Below are positions 1-12,885 of a stretch of 64,000 nucleotides of DNA, piece by piece (position 1 is the stretch's first letter; each line of letters begins with the position of its first letter). Origin of the DNA: Octopus vulgaris (Eukaryota). The notes beneath the pieces are model-generated. The model ran no database searches. It saw only the letters and a program-made list of their open reading frames with translations, and had not been told where the DNA came from. The stretch spans positions 144,646,001 through 144,710,000 of the forward strand of contig OX597816.1 of NCBI GenBank assembly GCA_951406725.2. The letters are read 5' to 3'. A program made the translations under genes and the position numbers.

Positions 1-228
1 TATGTGTGAAATGATACAATGGTTGATTTAAGAATTGCAGTTGGAAGATGGATAAAATGTTAGAATAATGGCCTAAAGATCACGTATGTAATAATATTTA
101 GGTCACATCATTATTAAAAGTTCTTTAATCTGTTTGTTTTGAAAATCAGTAATAAATTAACTTTAATTAGGCTTTTGAGAAAAGAAAGTAACACAGCTCT
201 TAAAATGACGACTGTAACAATTCATGTA

Positions 229-1092
229 TGAGGGGTAATCAAAAATTATCTGCACTTTTGCCATAACACATCTTTATCATTGTCACACTGCCTTTTGTGC
301 ACATGTGCTTATAGTTGGTACTAATTTGGTCCTGTGATCAAAGTTTGAACCTGATCACACCATTTTCCTTTCTGGATTTACAGGGTAAGCATGGCTGCTC
401 CACTGGCAATGTGTACCAAAGAAGAACAAAGAGCAGCAATTTGAGTTCTCTGGTCAGAAGGTATGTCAGGTGGTGAAATTCATTGGAGGCTTTTAGTACA
501 ATATGGGGATGCCAGTGATGAAAAGATTCAGCCTTCAGTGGGAAAGGTGATGCTAACCCTTTTTGGGGACTCAAAAGGGCCTATACTGGAAGACTACCTG
601 GAAAAGTGTGTACGATCAACAGTGCAAGATATAGTGCTTTGCTGGCCAACAAACTGAAACCAGTAATTCACACCAAACGCCGAAGTATATTGTCAAAGAA
701 AGTTTTGTTGTTGGTTGATAATGCATGCCCATATATGGCCACCCAGACCAATAAAACCATTAACCAATTGAGTTTTGAGGTGCTGGAACACCCTGCCTAC
801 AGCTCAGATGTTGCCCCTTCTGACTGTCATATCTTTGGACCACTCAAAGATGGTTTACATGATCGTTGATTTCCTATGCATGAAGATGTGAAGGAAGCAG
901 TACATAGATGGTTATGCAATCAACTGAAAACCTTCTTCTTGGTAGGAATATGCAAACATCAGAATTGCTAGTCCAAGTGCATCGAAAAGGAAAGGGACTA
1001 TATAGTCAAATGGTGCACTTACTTATCCCTTGTTTTTGTGTAAATACATTGAAAAAAAAACAAGAGTGCATATAATTTTTGTCTCTCCCTCA
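229..1092 (+). mobile_element. Mariner (Tc1/mariner) DNA transposon, internally deleted/degenerate
   Basis: TA-flanked imperfect TIRs (tgaggggtaatcaaaaattatctgcact ... agtgcatataatttttgtctctccctca). ORF fragments 463-869 contain GKVMLTLFGD, LLVDNACPY and HPAYSSDVAPSDCHIF (mariner DNA..H and YSPDLAPxD motifs). Confidence 0.9.
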
Positions 1093-1290
1093 TAAATTTC
1101 CAATGAGTTACAATATTTCAATAAGCATGAATCGTTACTGAAACATATCATTTTATTTTTAAAAGCATTACATAGTATTTGACTTGAAAAATGACCAGTC
1201 TTAAGGCAACAGTTGTTTTAAATCTTATTTTTCTTTATTTGTTTGTTAATTAATTTACTAATCAGGCAAAATATATTTTCCTTATTTCAG

Positions 1291-1459
1291 AATGTGGAAA
1301 TCAAAATATGAACTTAATTGAACCCAACATTAGATATGGACAAAAATCTTTGGATGGTAAATGGCCATGGGATGTGCAGATTTTTGCAGGTTCCCAATTG
1401 ATTTGCACTGGAGTCATCATCAACAGTCACTATGTGCTTACTGCTGCTCACTGCTTAAT
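1291..1459 (+). CDS. S1 family serine protease, internal exon (propeptide CG, activation site, catalytic His)
   Basis: tttcag acceptor and gtaggt donor. Translates ECGNQNMNLIEPNIRYGQKSLDGKWPWDVQIFAGSQLICTGVIINSHYVLTAAHCL (WPW and TAAHC motifs). Phase 1 in, phase 2 out. Signal-peptide exon not seen in the window. Confidence 0.93.
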
Positions 1460-1792
1460 GTAGGTACTTTCAGTATATTGACAGCATTACTTCTTGTCTG
1501 TGTGTATTCAGTGAAGGTATTCTTGTGTCTTGTTTCAGTTGCTTTAGTCTCAAGTCAACTACTACTCATGTATTTATATAACAGTGCAATTCATTGCAAA
1601 ATCTTTCAACTTTCTTTCACACATCAGTTTTTCTTTCAACCAATTTGTCTTATTCATTTCATCTAACATCACACATCCTGTTGAAACTACTTAAAAAAGC
1701 CTCTGCATTCAATGCCCCTTTCACTACTGTGTGATATTGCACTTCATACACAAGCAGCATACAATCTGTTCTCTTCTTACTGAAAATTTGTT

Positions 1793-2092
1793 ATACATAC
1801 ACACACACACACATACATACACACACACACACATACATACATACATGCATACATACATACATACATACATACATACATACATACACACATACATACACGC
1901 ACACATACATACATACATACATACATACATACATACATACATACATACATACATACATACATACATACACACACATATACATACATACACACATACATAC
2001 ACACATACATACACACACACATACATACATACATACATACATACATACACACATACATACACACACACATACACACACACATACATATACAC
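1793..2092. repeat. (TACA)n/(CA)n microsatellite
   Basis: Direct reading. Produces the spurious HTYI/VCMY ORFs. Confidence 0.95.
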
Positions 2093-4026
2093 AACTCGCA
2101 CCTCCGAGCAGCAGACTCTCCAGGGGCTGGGGGTCCCCTTGGGTGGTTTCTCCTCCGGGGGTCTCACCTCCCACGGCCACCACTTCAGCACCAGCCACAG
2201 GTTGGCACCTTCCCTCTGCGGCTTGGGTAACACCTCCGCCAACGCCGCCAGGCTTCCTACTAGCCGCCCACAATAGGCGCACCGTCCGAGGAAGTTCCTC
2301 AAATCCCTCACACAAGAAGGGTCCGGCCAATCCCTCACAGTGGCCACCTTCCTCAGGGCTCTATAGCCCACGTAGCATCTTGCTGTACCATCTCCATTCC
2401 GCGTAATTATCGCCGACGACCAGGGACCATTCCGCTTTTCCACTGTTCCCCGTCGCCGATATCTCCTCTTGCGCTGCTGTACTGAGACCTTCCTCCGGCC
2501 TCGCTGCTTCCTCAAGCGACAACCGCCCTGGTCGACGAAACGTTCTGCCAGGTCCGTGCGACCAGCATCCAACAACCCTCGCGACCAACGTCCTGCGCTC
2601 TTCACCAACGGTTGCTTCTTCCGCAACTGCATCAGCGGACCACGATCTCCCTTAACTTCATCACTGCACCGGCAGAACTGACCCCGCCGCTGGTTTACCG
2701 TCCGGCGCAGTTCCACGATTTGCCCTCTGCAAATCGCCTGCGCAGCCTTCAATAAATCGGCCGACCCACCCAGCGCTCTGTCAGCCTCTGCCTCCACCAG
2801 GGTCCAGCCGACCCTCAATTGAGTTTCTATTCCGCACTGCATGTCGGGCTCCACCGGCCCCACGCAACCATCGAACACAGCGCTCCCCCAAGTGCCAACA
2901 AAGCACCAGCGACTCCTTGCGGACCGCCTCCTCAACTGCATCCGTGGGCCACCAACTCCTTCAACTGCGTTGCCGTATCGGCAGAGCTGGCCCCACCACT
3001 GGTTCGCCATCTGGCACGATTCCTCGATTTGCCTTCTGCAAATCGCCTGTGCCACTTCCAAAAGATCGGCCGACCCAGCTAGCGCTCCACCAGCTTCTGC
3101 TTCCACTAGGGTCCACCCGACCCTCAATCGAGCTTTCACTAGGCACTGCCTGTCGGGCTCCACCGGCCCCAAGCAACCATCAACCACAAAGCTCACCCAA
3201 CGCTGAAGCAGTCTTCCTGGTCTCGGTGGACCCACCACCGTTCGCAGCCGTCTCGCCTCGTCAACGGGCCTGGCCCTTTTCCTCACCAGCTTCCGTCCCG
3301 CAGGCCTCACAACACACACGCTCGGCCGCCAGTCCATCCACGCCTGTGGCCTCTCCACAGTGGGAACCATACAGTCCCTCTGGGCCCCAAGAGACAGGGG
3401 TCCAGACACCAAAGGACCCGCACACGGCATAGCACCTGCCGCGACCATCACACACAGAGCCGGAACCTCGGACTCAGCGACATTCGCCCCAGACCTCGCC
3501 AGCTCTTCGTCCTGAGCTCCGAGAGACAGGGGTCGAGATGCCAAGGGCCCCAGACACGGAACAACAGCATCAGCCATAACACCTTCAACAGGCCTTTTGG
3601 TTACTTCAACCTCTACGGGTTCCAAATCACAAGATTTCTTGGGTACAGCGTCACAAATTTCGGCAACCAGCCCAGGTTCCGCAAACACAGCCGGTCCAGC
3701 ATCACAGATTTCGGCAACACTTCCTTCACTATCTGTTTCCCTCGATGCTTCGTTCGACGGGCAATCTCTGCCCACAGGACCGTCGCTATCCTCGGTCCAA
3801 CACCGATCCTTCAAAGCTGACCCATCCGCAACCTCAAGCTCCCGCTGATCTGCCCACAGGCCCTGTCGCCTCCTGTCCATTCTCTCCACGAACGCGTCCG
3901 TCTGCGCCATCTGGCCCCTTAACATCTCCACAATCAGGGCAAGCGAAATCTCCTCGTCTCCGGTCTGACAACCAGACAAATCCATAGCGAAAAAAAAAAG
4001 CCGACCGAAACGCAGCAATCAGGACA

Positions 4027-4044
4027 ATCCCACTTCTGACACCA
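4027..4044 (-). promoter_or_regulatory. Primer-binding site complementary to tRNA-Leu 3' end
   Basis: Minus strand TGGTGTCAGAAGTGGGAT, 2 nt after the LTR ...TAACA end. Plus strand reads ATCCCACTTCTGACACCA, which matches a tRNA-Leu 3' end plus CCA. Confidence 0.85.
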
Positions 4045-4046
4045 GT

Positions 4047-5318
4047 TGTTACGGAATCGCCCGTCGTCGCCCGTCCCGAACGGCTCACACAAGTTCCGCC
4101 ACGGCACCCAAAGAGGCGGAGAGAGGAGACACAGATAGATACTGCCACAACCTCAACAGCACAGAGATACAGAGGCACAACCCGAGATACAACCCAAAGA
4201 GGCAAGGCAACAACTGGCAACACTGGCTTATATTCAAACAACAGTTTATACGACAATTACAATTGTTACAACATCAAAGCATTTAAGGCAACAACAAATC
4301 AATACATCATACGGTATACCACAGATCAAAGCATTTAACAACATGCATGTAACAATATAACAGTGTTTAGTAACGACACAACAAGTCCAGATCAAATAAT
4401 GTTCACGATACGTCACAGTCCAATCAGAACACTTCGACACATTATACAATGTTCGTATCACAACAATTCACGTTACAATTCAACAAGTCCTTTACTCAAT
4501 TCACAATGTTCTTTATCGACTACATCGACAGAGTCCTTCTTTTTCTTTTACAGTCTCTTTACCTCGTGACACGTATCAATACACAATCACATACCTTAAT
4601 TCCTAACTGAATCTGCCAGTGTCCCAATCCTCTCAATACTGCTAATTCCTCTGAATACTGCTAATTCCCTTCTGTGTCGCCAAGCTTTCTCGCACCCAAC
4701 TTGCTCCTAAGAATTCCAACGCTTGCTCCTTAAATCCAAGGTCCGTCTGTCTTCTTCGAGGACCGGCCAGCGACTCCAAGATCCGTCTGTGTTCCTCGAC
4801 GACCGCTCAACGACTGCCAAGACCTCACTTCGTCTCTGTCCTTCTTCCACTCCCTCATCTCCCTCTGTCTATATCGCTCCTACCCTTTCTAACTGCCCTG
4901 GTCCTTATACCCTATCTATATCGCCTGCTGTCTCTTAGCCTTTCTATCTGTCCCTTACTGCTTATCCTTTCTATTTGCCCTCTGCTCTTACTCTATCGCT
5001 ATCGCCTGCCAGACTCTTAGCCTCTCCATCCGTCCCTTACTGCTTATACTCTATCTCTATTTGCTCTCAGCCCTTAATCTGTCCCTTTTCTCTCACTGTC
5101 AATACCCTCTCAATCTGTTCTTAGATTCCCTTAATCTGTCTTCCTCTTCACTGCTTCACTGACCCTTTCTCGACCGGCACAAGGGCAAAGGTCCTTCCAA
5201 AACCCATTAAACAAGGAACCTGTCAGTTTCACCAGACATACTGGAACCATTATTCCTATGTGGGTCACCAGAAACACTACACTAATTAAACCCGAAATGC
5301 ACTTAGCCAACCGTAACA
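4047..5318 (-). repeat. Long terminal repeat (~1.27 kb)
   Basis: TG...CA termini with an 8-bp inverted repeat TGTTACGG/CCGTAACA, adjacent to the PBS. Confidence 0.8.
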
Positions 5319-6074
5319 ATATACACACATACATACATGCATACATACATACGAGATTGCTAATATATGTATGTGTGACAGCAAACAACTATTTGACAAG
5401 TGTGTTGGGAAGTATGTTTGATTATTTAAACATGATGATTGGTTGTGACTACAGCACTCTCCTGGATGTAGAAGTACTCCTCTGAGGGTCTTACCTTTGT
5501 ATAGTGCAAGTAGTCACTGGAAGATGATTTATTTTCTGAATCTGAAGAGGTGGATCAGTCTTGAGAAGCAAAGTAAGGAGATAGTATGCTGGCTTTCTCT
5601 ATGGAACTAATATGTAGAGAACCACCATAGTTGAGAAGTGGAGGAAAGAAAACTTTACAAAAGTGGTAGAAATTCTTTTTGCACAGGACTAAAACAATTG
5701 GTCACAATTTAGGGAGCAAGATTGCCTGCAGGACCAGATGATTCTCAGAGGCATCTTTTGAGATCTAGATGATGGTCTCCCAGGAGCTGCAGTACTACAT
5801 AAAAGCCATCTAATTTCTAGTGGAGAGAGATTTTTCTGTAAACATTACAGGCTATTTTTGATTGAACTGCAGTGCTTCTTTGAGGGAATGACTTCTTGGT
5901 GTTTGAGATTTGGTTGTATGTGGAATATGTAGAGAAACATGCTTAAAAGAATGTTTTTAGTATCTTGTTTAGCTATCTCTGAGGGGTCATGGTTGAAGCA
6001 CATAAGATACCACATAAGTAGTATAAAAGGGGTAGGGCTTCAATCATTCAACTTATTTGAAGAAGCATTCACAT

Positions 6075-6312
6075 AAAAAGCACCAACCAATCATGGCCAT
6101 TGCCAGCCTCGCCTGGTACCTGTGCTGGTGGCATGTAAAAGCACCCACTGCACTCACGGAGTAGTTGTTGTTAGGAAGAGCATCCAACTGTAGAAATATT
6201 GCCTGATCAGACTGGAGCCTGGTACAGTCTCCTGGCTTCCCAGACCCCAGTCGAACCGTCCAACCCATGCTAGCATGGAAAACAGACGTTAAACAATGAG
6301 AATGATTGATGA
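6075..6312 (+). mobile_element. SINE-like interspersed repeat with (ATG)n-type tail
   Basis: 3' part (gcatccaactgtagaaa...gtcgaaccgtccaacccatgctagcatggaaaacagacgttaaac) is near-identical to 8491-8628. Confidence 0.7.
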
Positions 6313-6961
6313 TTCAGTGTGGGAAGAGGGGAGCCATTATTTACACCATTGTTGATGGTGAAAGACAACTGGTAGACAACTAGTATGATGTATTTATAGC
6401 TGTAAGTAGGGGTAAGAAGACCTACAAAATGATATCTATTGGACTGTTCAGATGCATCCTATTTTCAGTTTATCATCTGAGTAAAATAAGGAATAGACGT
6501 TTATGGATATGCTGACAAATGATGACAAAAATGGCTACTTTATGTGAACTGTGGACTTTATAAAGTATTCATAGGGCATTAGCTCTGGATGTGGAAGAAC
6601 TGTGAAAGCTAGTGAAAGAAATGACTTTTGAATGATTTAGTAAAATGTAGCACACAAGAGCAGGGAGACCTCATCTGAAGCAAGCATATATCACTGACTT
6701 AGTATTGGCATAGATTCTGAAGTGACTGTAAGGTTTAAAAGAAAAAGTTTTCTGTAATTTCTGTGGAGGATAACAATAGAATGGGTTGACTGAGAAAGAT
6801 ATGAGAAGTGATGTCAAACATCAGATGTTAGGTGAAGTGAAATGCTGATAAGATGAGCATGAGACCCATCCAGCTTGGAAAAATATGACGATGACGACGA
6901 CAATGATGATGACGACAATGATGATGATGTCGATGATATAACAATGTTTTCTTTCTTCTAG

Positions 6962-7212
6962 ATATGTAGACAAATATGATTATTCTATAAGAGTTGGATC
7001 TGTTAAGAAGAATCAAGGAACAAAATACAATGTGTTTCAATCTTTGAAGCATGAACAATATGATAGCAACAATTTCAATAATGATATTGGACTACTTTAT
7101 ATAAAAAGTAAAATTAAGATGTCAGCAAATGTGCAACCCATTTGTCTTCCAGAAAACCCTGCACCCAAAGACAAAGAATGTTATGTGACTGGATGGGGTA
7201 TGAATGAAAAGG
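6962..7212 (+). CDS. S1 serine protease exon (catalytic Asp)
   Basis: ttctag acceptor and gtaagg donor. Translates YVDKYDYSIRVGS...HEQYDSNNFNNDIGLLYIK...VQPICLP...ECYVTGWG (NDIxLL, PICLP, GWG). Phases 2/1 are compatible with neighbouring exons. Confidence 0.95.
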
Positions 7213-7239
7213 GTAAGGCAATTTATATTTTCTAATTGG

Positions 7240-7294
<55 letters not shown>

Positions 7295-7296
<2 letters not shown>

Positions 7297-7597
7297 AAGC
7301 GCAATGGCCCAGTGGTTAGGGCAGCGGACTTGCTGTCGGAGGCTCGCGATTTCAATTCCAGACCGGGCGTTGTGTGTGTTTATTGAGCAAAAATATCTAA
7401 AGCTCCACGAGGCTCCAGTAGGGGGTGTTGTACTCTTTCATCCTGACTTTCTCTCAATCTTTCTTCCTGTTTCTTGAGTAATGCTGCAATGGACTGGTGT
7501 TCCGTCCAGCAGGGAGGAACACATACGCCGCAAATACCAGGAAACTGGGCCCATGAGCCTGGCTAGGCTTGTAAAGGGCACATAAATAAATAAATAA

Positions 7598-7601
<4 letters not shown>
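7295..7601 (+). mobile_element. tRNA-derived SINE
   Basis: A box TGGCCCAGTGG, B-box-like GATTTCAATTCC, (TAAA)n tail. Confidence 0.75.
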
Positions 7602-7632
<31 letters not shown>

Positions 7633-7751
7633 TAATCAGTCACCACCTTTGCACCAACCTGATATATATATATATCACTCCGTGAGTGTAGTGGGTGCTT
7701 TTTACGTGCCACCTGCACAGGTGCCAGGCGAGGCTGGCAACGGCCACGGTC

Positions 7752-8311
7752 GGATTGGTGTATTTTATGTGCCACCGGCACGGAAGCCAGACGAGGCGGT
7801 GCTGGCATCAGCCACGAGTCGGATGGTGCTTTTTACGTACCACCAGACCAGGGATCCTGGCTGGTTCAATTCGATTTCGATTTCTCTTGCCCCAACATGT
7901 CTTCGCAAGCAAGGGGGTTGGCATGGGTGCCTGTTGTACGGTCAGATTGGTGTATTTTACGTGCCACCGGCACGGAAGCCAGTGGAGGCGGTGCTGGCAT
8001 CGGCCACTAGTCGGATAGTGCTTTTTACATACCACCAGACCAGGGAACCTGGCTGGTTCAATTCGATTTCGCTTGCCCCAACATGTCTTCGCAAGCAAGG
8101 GGGTTGGCATGGGTGCCTGTCGTACGGTCAGATTGGTGTATTTTACGTGCCACCGGCACAGAAGCCAGCGGAGGCGGTGCTGGCATCGGCCACGAGTCGG
8201 ATAGTGCTTTTTACGTACCACCAGACCAGGGATCCTGGCTGGTTCAATTCGATTTCGCTTGCCCCAACATGTCTTCGCAAGCAAAGGGGGGTTGGCATGG
8301 GTGCCTGTCGT
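7752..8311 (+). repeat. Tandem repeat, 3 copies of ~183-190 bp inside a chimeric SINE-like element
   Basis: Unit gattggtgtatttta..gtgccaccggcac...gttcaattcgatttc...ggcatgggtgcctgt recurs near 7752, 7945 and 8130. Confidence 0.9.
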
Positions 8312-8640
8312 CGGATGAGGTTCTATATCGACTTCGCTTGCCTCAACAGGTCTTTGTGTCCAAGGGAGGAAAGGCATTTATAAGTGGGCTGGGCTCATTT
8401 GTCCTGCCTGGTCTTCTCACGTACAGAATATTTCCAAAGGTCTCGGTCGCTGGTCATTTCCTCAGTGAGGCCTAAAGTTCGAAGGTCGTAAGGGCATCCA
8501 GCTGTAGAAACACTGCCAGATAAGACTGGAGCCTGGTGCAGCCTTCTGGCTTCCCAGATCCCCGGTCGAACCGTCCAACCCATGCTAGCATGGAGAACGG
8601 ACGTTAAACGATGATGATGATGATGATGATATATATATAT

Positions 8641-9860
8641 ATCAGGTTGATGCAAAGGTGATGACTGATTTTTTAGAAAACAATTTAGAAAATAATGTTT
8701 TAAGAATATCACAATGTGTAATTTATACATTTTTCTTTCAGATTCTGATTGTATTGACCATAATCTTCTGCTATATTTGCACCCATGTTTGTCCCATTCA
8801 AAGATCCCATTAGACGTGTCTTACTCTATGAGTTTCATAAAGGTGTCAATGCAAGCACAGTAATAAAGTCTCTTCAGAGAGTTTATGGCGATGATGTAGT
8901 GAGTGAAAGAAGTTGCAGGAGAAGGTCGTTGAAAACAACTTGATTCTGAAGAGCTGGAAGCTGTTGTCATAGAAAATCCAACCATTACTTGTAGAGAACT
9001 TGTAGAACAATTTAACATAACTCATACAGCTTTTCTATGCCAACTGAAAATCTAAGTAGGGACTTCAAACTTGAAATCTTCAAAGCCACAGTTGAACCAA
9101 TTCTACTATATGGCTCAGAAACCTGGAAGTTATCAAAGAAGCTTGAGAAGCGGTTGGATGGAACCTACACTTGCCTCCTTATGAGAGCTCAAAATCTCTC
9201 ATGGAAGCGCCATCCAACCAAAATGCAAATATATGGGAAACTACCACTTGTGTCATCTCTTGTGAAAGGTAGGAGAGTCCAGTTTGCTGGACATTGTTGT
9301 AGAGTTGAAAAAGAGGTAATTTCTACTCTTCTCCTCTGGAAGCCATCTACTCGCAATACCAGAGGGCGCATACTCTCCTACCCTGATGTAATCTCCAGGG
9401 ATACAGGCATCCAGCAACAGGACCTCCGTAATGCCATGATGGACTGTGATGTCTGGCATATCATGGTAAATTCCATTGTCTCGACCACGGTCGAACAATG
9501 ATGATGATGATGAATGGGATATTGAAGGAATTGTCCATTATCAAAAGTTATACAGCAATTAAACAATTACTGCTAATCTCTATTCTAATCAACTTCATAG
9601 TTTGAAAGCTGCTTTAAACAGAAAGTGACCCTGCTTAGTCAAAAGAAAGGGTGTCATCTTCCACCATGACAATGCTCATCCTCACACACAGGTGCAAAAA
9701 GTGGTTTTCTTTGTCCTGTCAAAAAATAATAAATCATCTCCCTTTGGCCTACGACCTCAGCCATATCACACGAAGTTCAAATGGACAAGAGCTGACCAAT
9801 TTAGGCACAATCTCTGATGCAGTATGTCTGTCATTCTAGCTGCCATAGTGGTTATAAAAT
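8641..9860 (+). mobile_element. Degenerate mariner remnant interrupted by an RTE fragment
   Basis: TA-CAGGTTGATGCAAAGGT TIR at 8641 (inverted copy at 7633-7662). Decayed HTH-like sequence and FHHDNAHPH motif (~9658-9685). Confidence 0.6.
9037..9512 (+). mobile_element. RTE-clade LINE 3' fragment
   Basis: KLEIFKATVEPILLYGSETW...RRVQFAGHC...AMMDCDVW followed by a (TGA)n tail. Confidence 0.85.
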
Positions 9861-10745
9861 ACCGTGGTCAACAGAGAGAAAGACAGAAAGGCCTAGGACA
9901 CAGACTAGAAAGGCCTAGGACACAGACAAGAAAGGCTTTGGCAGACAGACTGAAATGTTCATGGCACATTGGCAGATAGAAAGTATCATGGCAGACTACT
10001 TTCTCAGATGAACGATACACATGCACGCATGCACGTGCCCACACACACACACTCACACAAACACACACACACCCTCTCTCTCTCTCGCTCTTAGTTCTGA
10101 CATATCACCTCCACAAATGTGCCCTTTTTCTATTACTAACAATTCGTAGCAGTTGTCAACAATTACATGTAGTGAAGAATATTGTATACCAAAGGCAAAT
10201 GCAAGTACAGTAAATAAATTATTTTAACTATGAATCATTTATTTGTTTACTTCAAAGGCATCCACATACCTATCACATTTGTTCACCTTAACACATACTG
10301 ATACACACTTAACCACTACACACACATATATATATATATATCAATGGACATTTAACTGCAGATAGCTACTAAACCAGAATTATATTTTATTTATATTAGT
10401 ACATTTGTGTGCTATTATAAATTAAATTAAATCAAATACCAGAATCACTGAATATAATATTTATTTTTCAACATTCCAATTTTAAATAGATTATTCTTTT
10501 ATTCTGTAACTTGTCATTTGACTTCAGCCATGCTGGATCACTACTTTGAAGGGTCTTTTTAGTCAAACAGGTCAACCCTATTACTAATTTGTAAGCCTAG
10601 TACTTATTCTATCGGTCTCTTTTACCAAACCACTAAGTTTGGGAATTATATTTTAAATATTATAAAATAATTTTTCTGTTAATGTTCTTTGTTTTGAATA
10701 ATTAAATGAATCAAATTTATAACATCCTAATAATTTTATATTCAG

Positions 10746-10879
10746 GTACTTATCCAACGACTTTACATGAAACGAAGGTTTATTTGTTAGAAGATTCATT
10801 TTGTAAGAAATATTATTCACGTATTGGTAATGCTACATTTTGTGCCAATCATAGGGAAGACAACCAGCCAACATGCTAT
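10746..10879 (+). CDS. S1 serine protease exon
   Basis: ttcag acceptor and gtaagt donor. Translates GTYPTTLHETKVYLLEDSFCKKYYSRIGNATFCANHREDNQPTCY (C168, C182, C191). Phases 1/0. Confidence 0.92.
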
Positions 10880-12339
10880 GTAAGTTAACTATTCATTTAT
10901 GCAGTTTGTACTAAATATGGGATTATATAATTCCTTATAGACTTTTTTTTTATTGTACAAAATGTAGAGTTGTTATTGTTTAGTAGGAATGATGTGACAT
11001 GATCAGAGATATTTAATCCCTAACTATACCATCATTAATGTATCCAGGGCAATGTTACCTCATGTCTCCATTCTTTTTCGTATGATTTATGACTAAGTAC
11101 CCATAAATAAATGCCTTTGTTGGCTTGAAGAAAAGTGGAGAGATGACTAGGCTGAATATGATATGACAATATAAAATTATAACTTTTAAGAGCAGTTGAG
11201 TAAAAACAACTCGGTGGGCTTATGTGAAGTTACATGAAACAAGAAGGGCATCACAGTGGGGTCAGTAAACCTGTTAAAATTAGTTACTGGATCAGCCTCA
11301 ATTCACATCTTTTCTGCTTGAAAAGAATGGAAAGGCATAATAACAATGATATAATCTTAAATTTGTTATGTCTAAATAGAAAACAAAATGGTCAATATTG
11401 GCATGTATTTCATATTAGGGGAATTTGATGAGGTTTGAACATCAACTAAAAATAAATCTTTTGAAAAAGTAAACCAATTGGATATCCAGGTATGGTCATA
11501 TGGTCAGATGAATCCTGGAAACATCTGCACTAGTTTGGATATGTGATGTTGGGAATAGATGATGAAAATTGAGTGAAAATGTTTAAGGAGATGATAACTT
11601 ATCAGTTTTGAAATTGGGCTAGTCACCTTCAATGGCAAGCTAAATTCCTTTCAGCCTTACTCTTCACAACTAATCTGTAACTAATATGGGCTCCATACAT
11701 ACTCCTTCATACAAGTTCATTCCTATCACAACTTACTCATCTTGCAAGTTTTCTATCAGTTTCTCTATCATGTTCCAAAATTATTTTTCTTTTTAACACT
11801 TTGGTGCATCTCTGGGGCATATCATGACCTAGCATTCTGTAAGAATTTACTCCCTTCAAACATACTCAACACACTACCTGCAAACTCCCACAAAAAATCA
11901 GTACTTCAAAACTATGTGCACATTTTATACACTTTTATCACAGTAATTTGTACTTCTGTCCCTGATTTTCTTTCCTTGATTTCTCACCACATGCCTTCCA
12001 TTACATCTCTTACACTCAACATATCTTCACTCTTCTGATCAGTGTCTCTTCTACTGCTTCTGATCTTAATGTCATTGTTCCTTCATTCCGTGTTAAAAAT
12101 GTTACATACTGGTCTTCACAAGGGACATCAGGCATTTGACTATCATGAGGAAGTAAATTTTTCCTGAGATTTGGTGAAAGGTTATGGCTCTTATGTGTAA
12201 CCATTCTTGCCACAGGGTCCTTTTTGAACCAAAGTTTTAAAACTGGATAATTATCCTGATGCCAGCATTTTAGTTTATGCTTATGACTCATAAGGATTCA
12301 GTGTTCTGTTTTTAATTCAAGACACACATAGTAATGGAC

Positions 12340-12885
12340 AAGAGCTATTGAAAGGGAGAAAGGAAGAAAGGGTAGCCAGGGTAGAAGGAGAAAGGAAGAG
12401 GTTTGTCAATGTTCTGCAACATGAGGGCTAGAAGTTTGAAGCATTTCAGATTGCAAGAGAGGGTGAGAAAGAGAACCATGTCGTTGTATGAGAGAAGTGT
12501 GTTTGCATGGATGATTGATCACTTGCAGTTAGTGATTCTACAAAGAAAGAGGCTTAGAAATGCTACTATGAAAGGCTGCTAAACATAGAGAATGCATGGC
12601 AGAAGGAGAGTCTGCTTAATGTAGACCCAACAGAAGAACCAACTATCCAAATTGACAGTAGCTTTGTAGATAAAGCAATTAAGAATATGAAGACATGGAA
12701 AGCCCTACCATCCAGTCCTTCAGGGATTACTGCTGAAATGTTCAAAATATCAGGCAGAGGAGGATATGACCTAGTCACTCATATAGTTAATCAGTTATCC
12801 ACAAGGGAGTCATACCCAAAGACTGGTGCAGCAGCATTATAGTCAACTGCTACAAAGATAAAGGTGATGCTTTAGACAGAAATAC
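12340..12885 (+). mobile_element. RTE-clade LINE internal fragment
   Basis: Reads YYERLLNIENAW...VDKAIKNMKTWKA..PSGITAEMFK...IIVNCYKDKGDALDRN (pre-RT region). Confidence 0.7.

Larger units (their letters stand above)
2093..5318 (-). mobile_element. Gypsy-like LTR retrotransposon, non-autonomous: 5' LTR + PBS + degenerate gag/pol-derived ORF; 3' LTR absent
   Basis: LTR 4047-5318 bounded by TGTTACGG...CCGTAACA. PBS immediately inside. ORF (ATG near 3985) has RT-like remnants GPWSSAIITRNGDGTARCYVGYRAL and VRDWPDPSCVRDLRNFLGRCAY but no YxDD. Confidence 0.85.

Noticed and set aside
1361-1666. 101-aa hydrophobic ORF overlapping protease exon
   Set aside because: Wrong frame. The real exon (TAAHC) is in another frame and the remainder is intron.
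1731-2330. His/Thr/Tyr- or Val/Cys/Met-rich ORFs (also at 26.5k, 27.4k, 47.6k, 49k, 51.7k, 57k)
   Set aside because: Translations of (TACA)n/(TA)n/(CA)n microsatellites.
5400-6830. Possible decayed LINE endonuclease region on the minus strand
   Set aside because: No motif could be read confidently.
7295-7370. tRNA gene
   Set aside because: Only A/B boxes with a SINE body and tail; no full cloverleaf.
7649-8475. 244-aa repetitive ORF; CRISPR-like periodicity
   Set aside because: Tandem ~185-bp units without unique spacers in a eukaryotic repeat; no protein motif.
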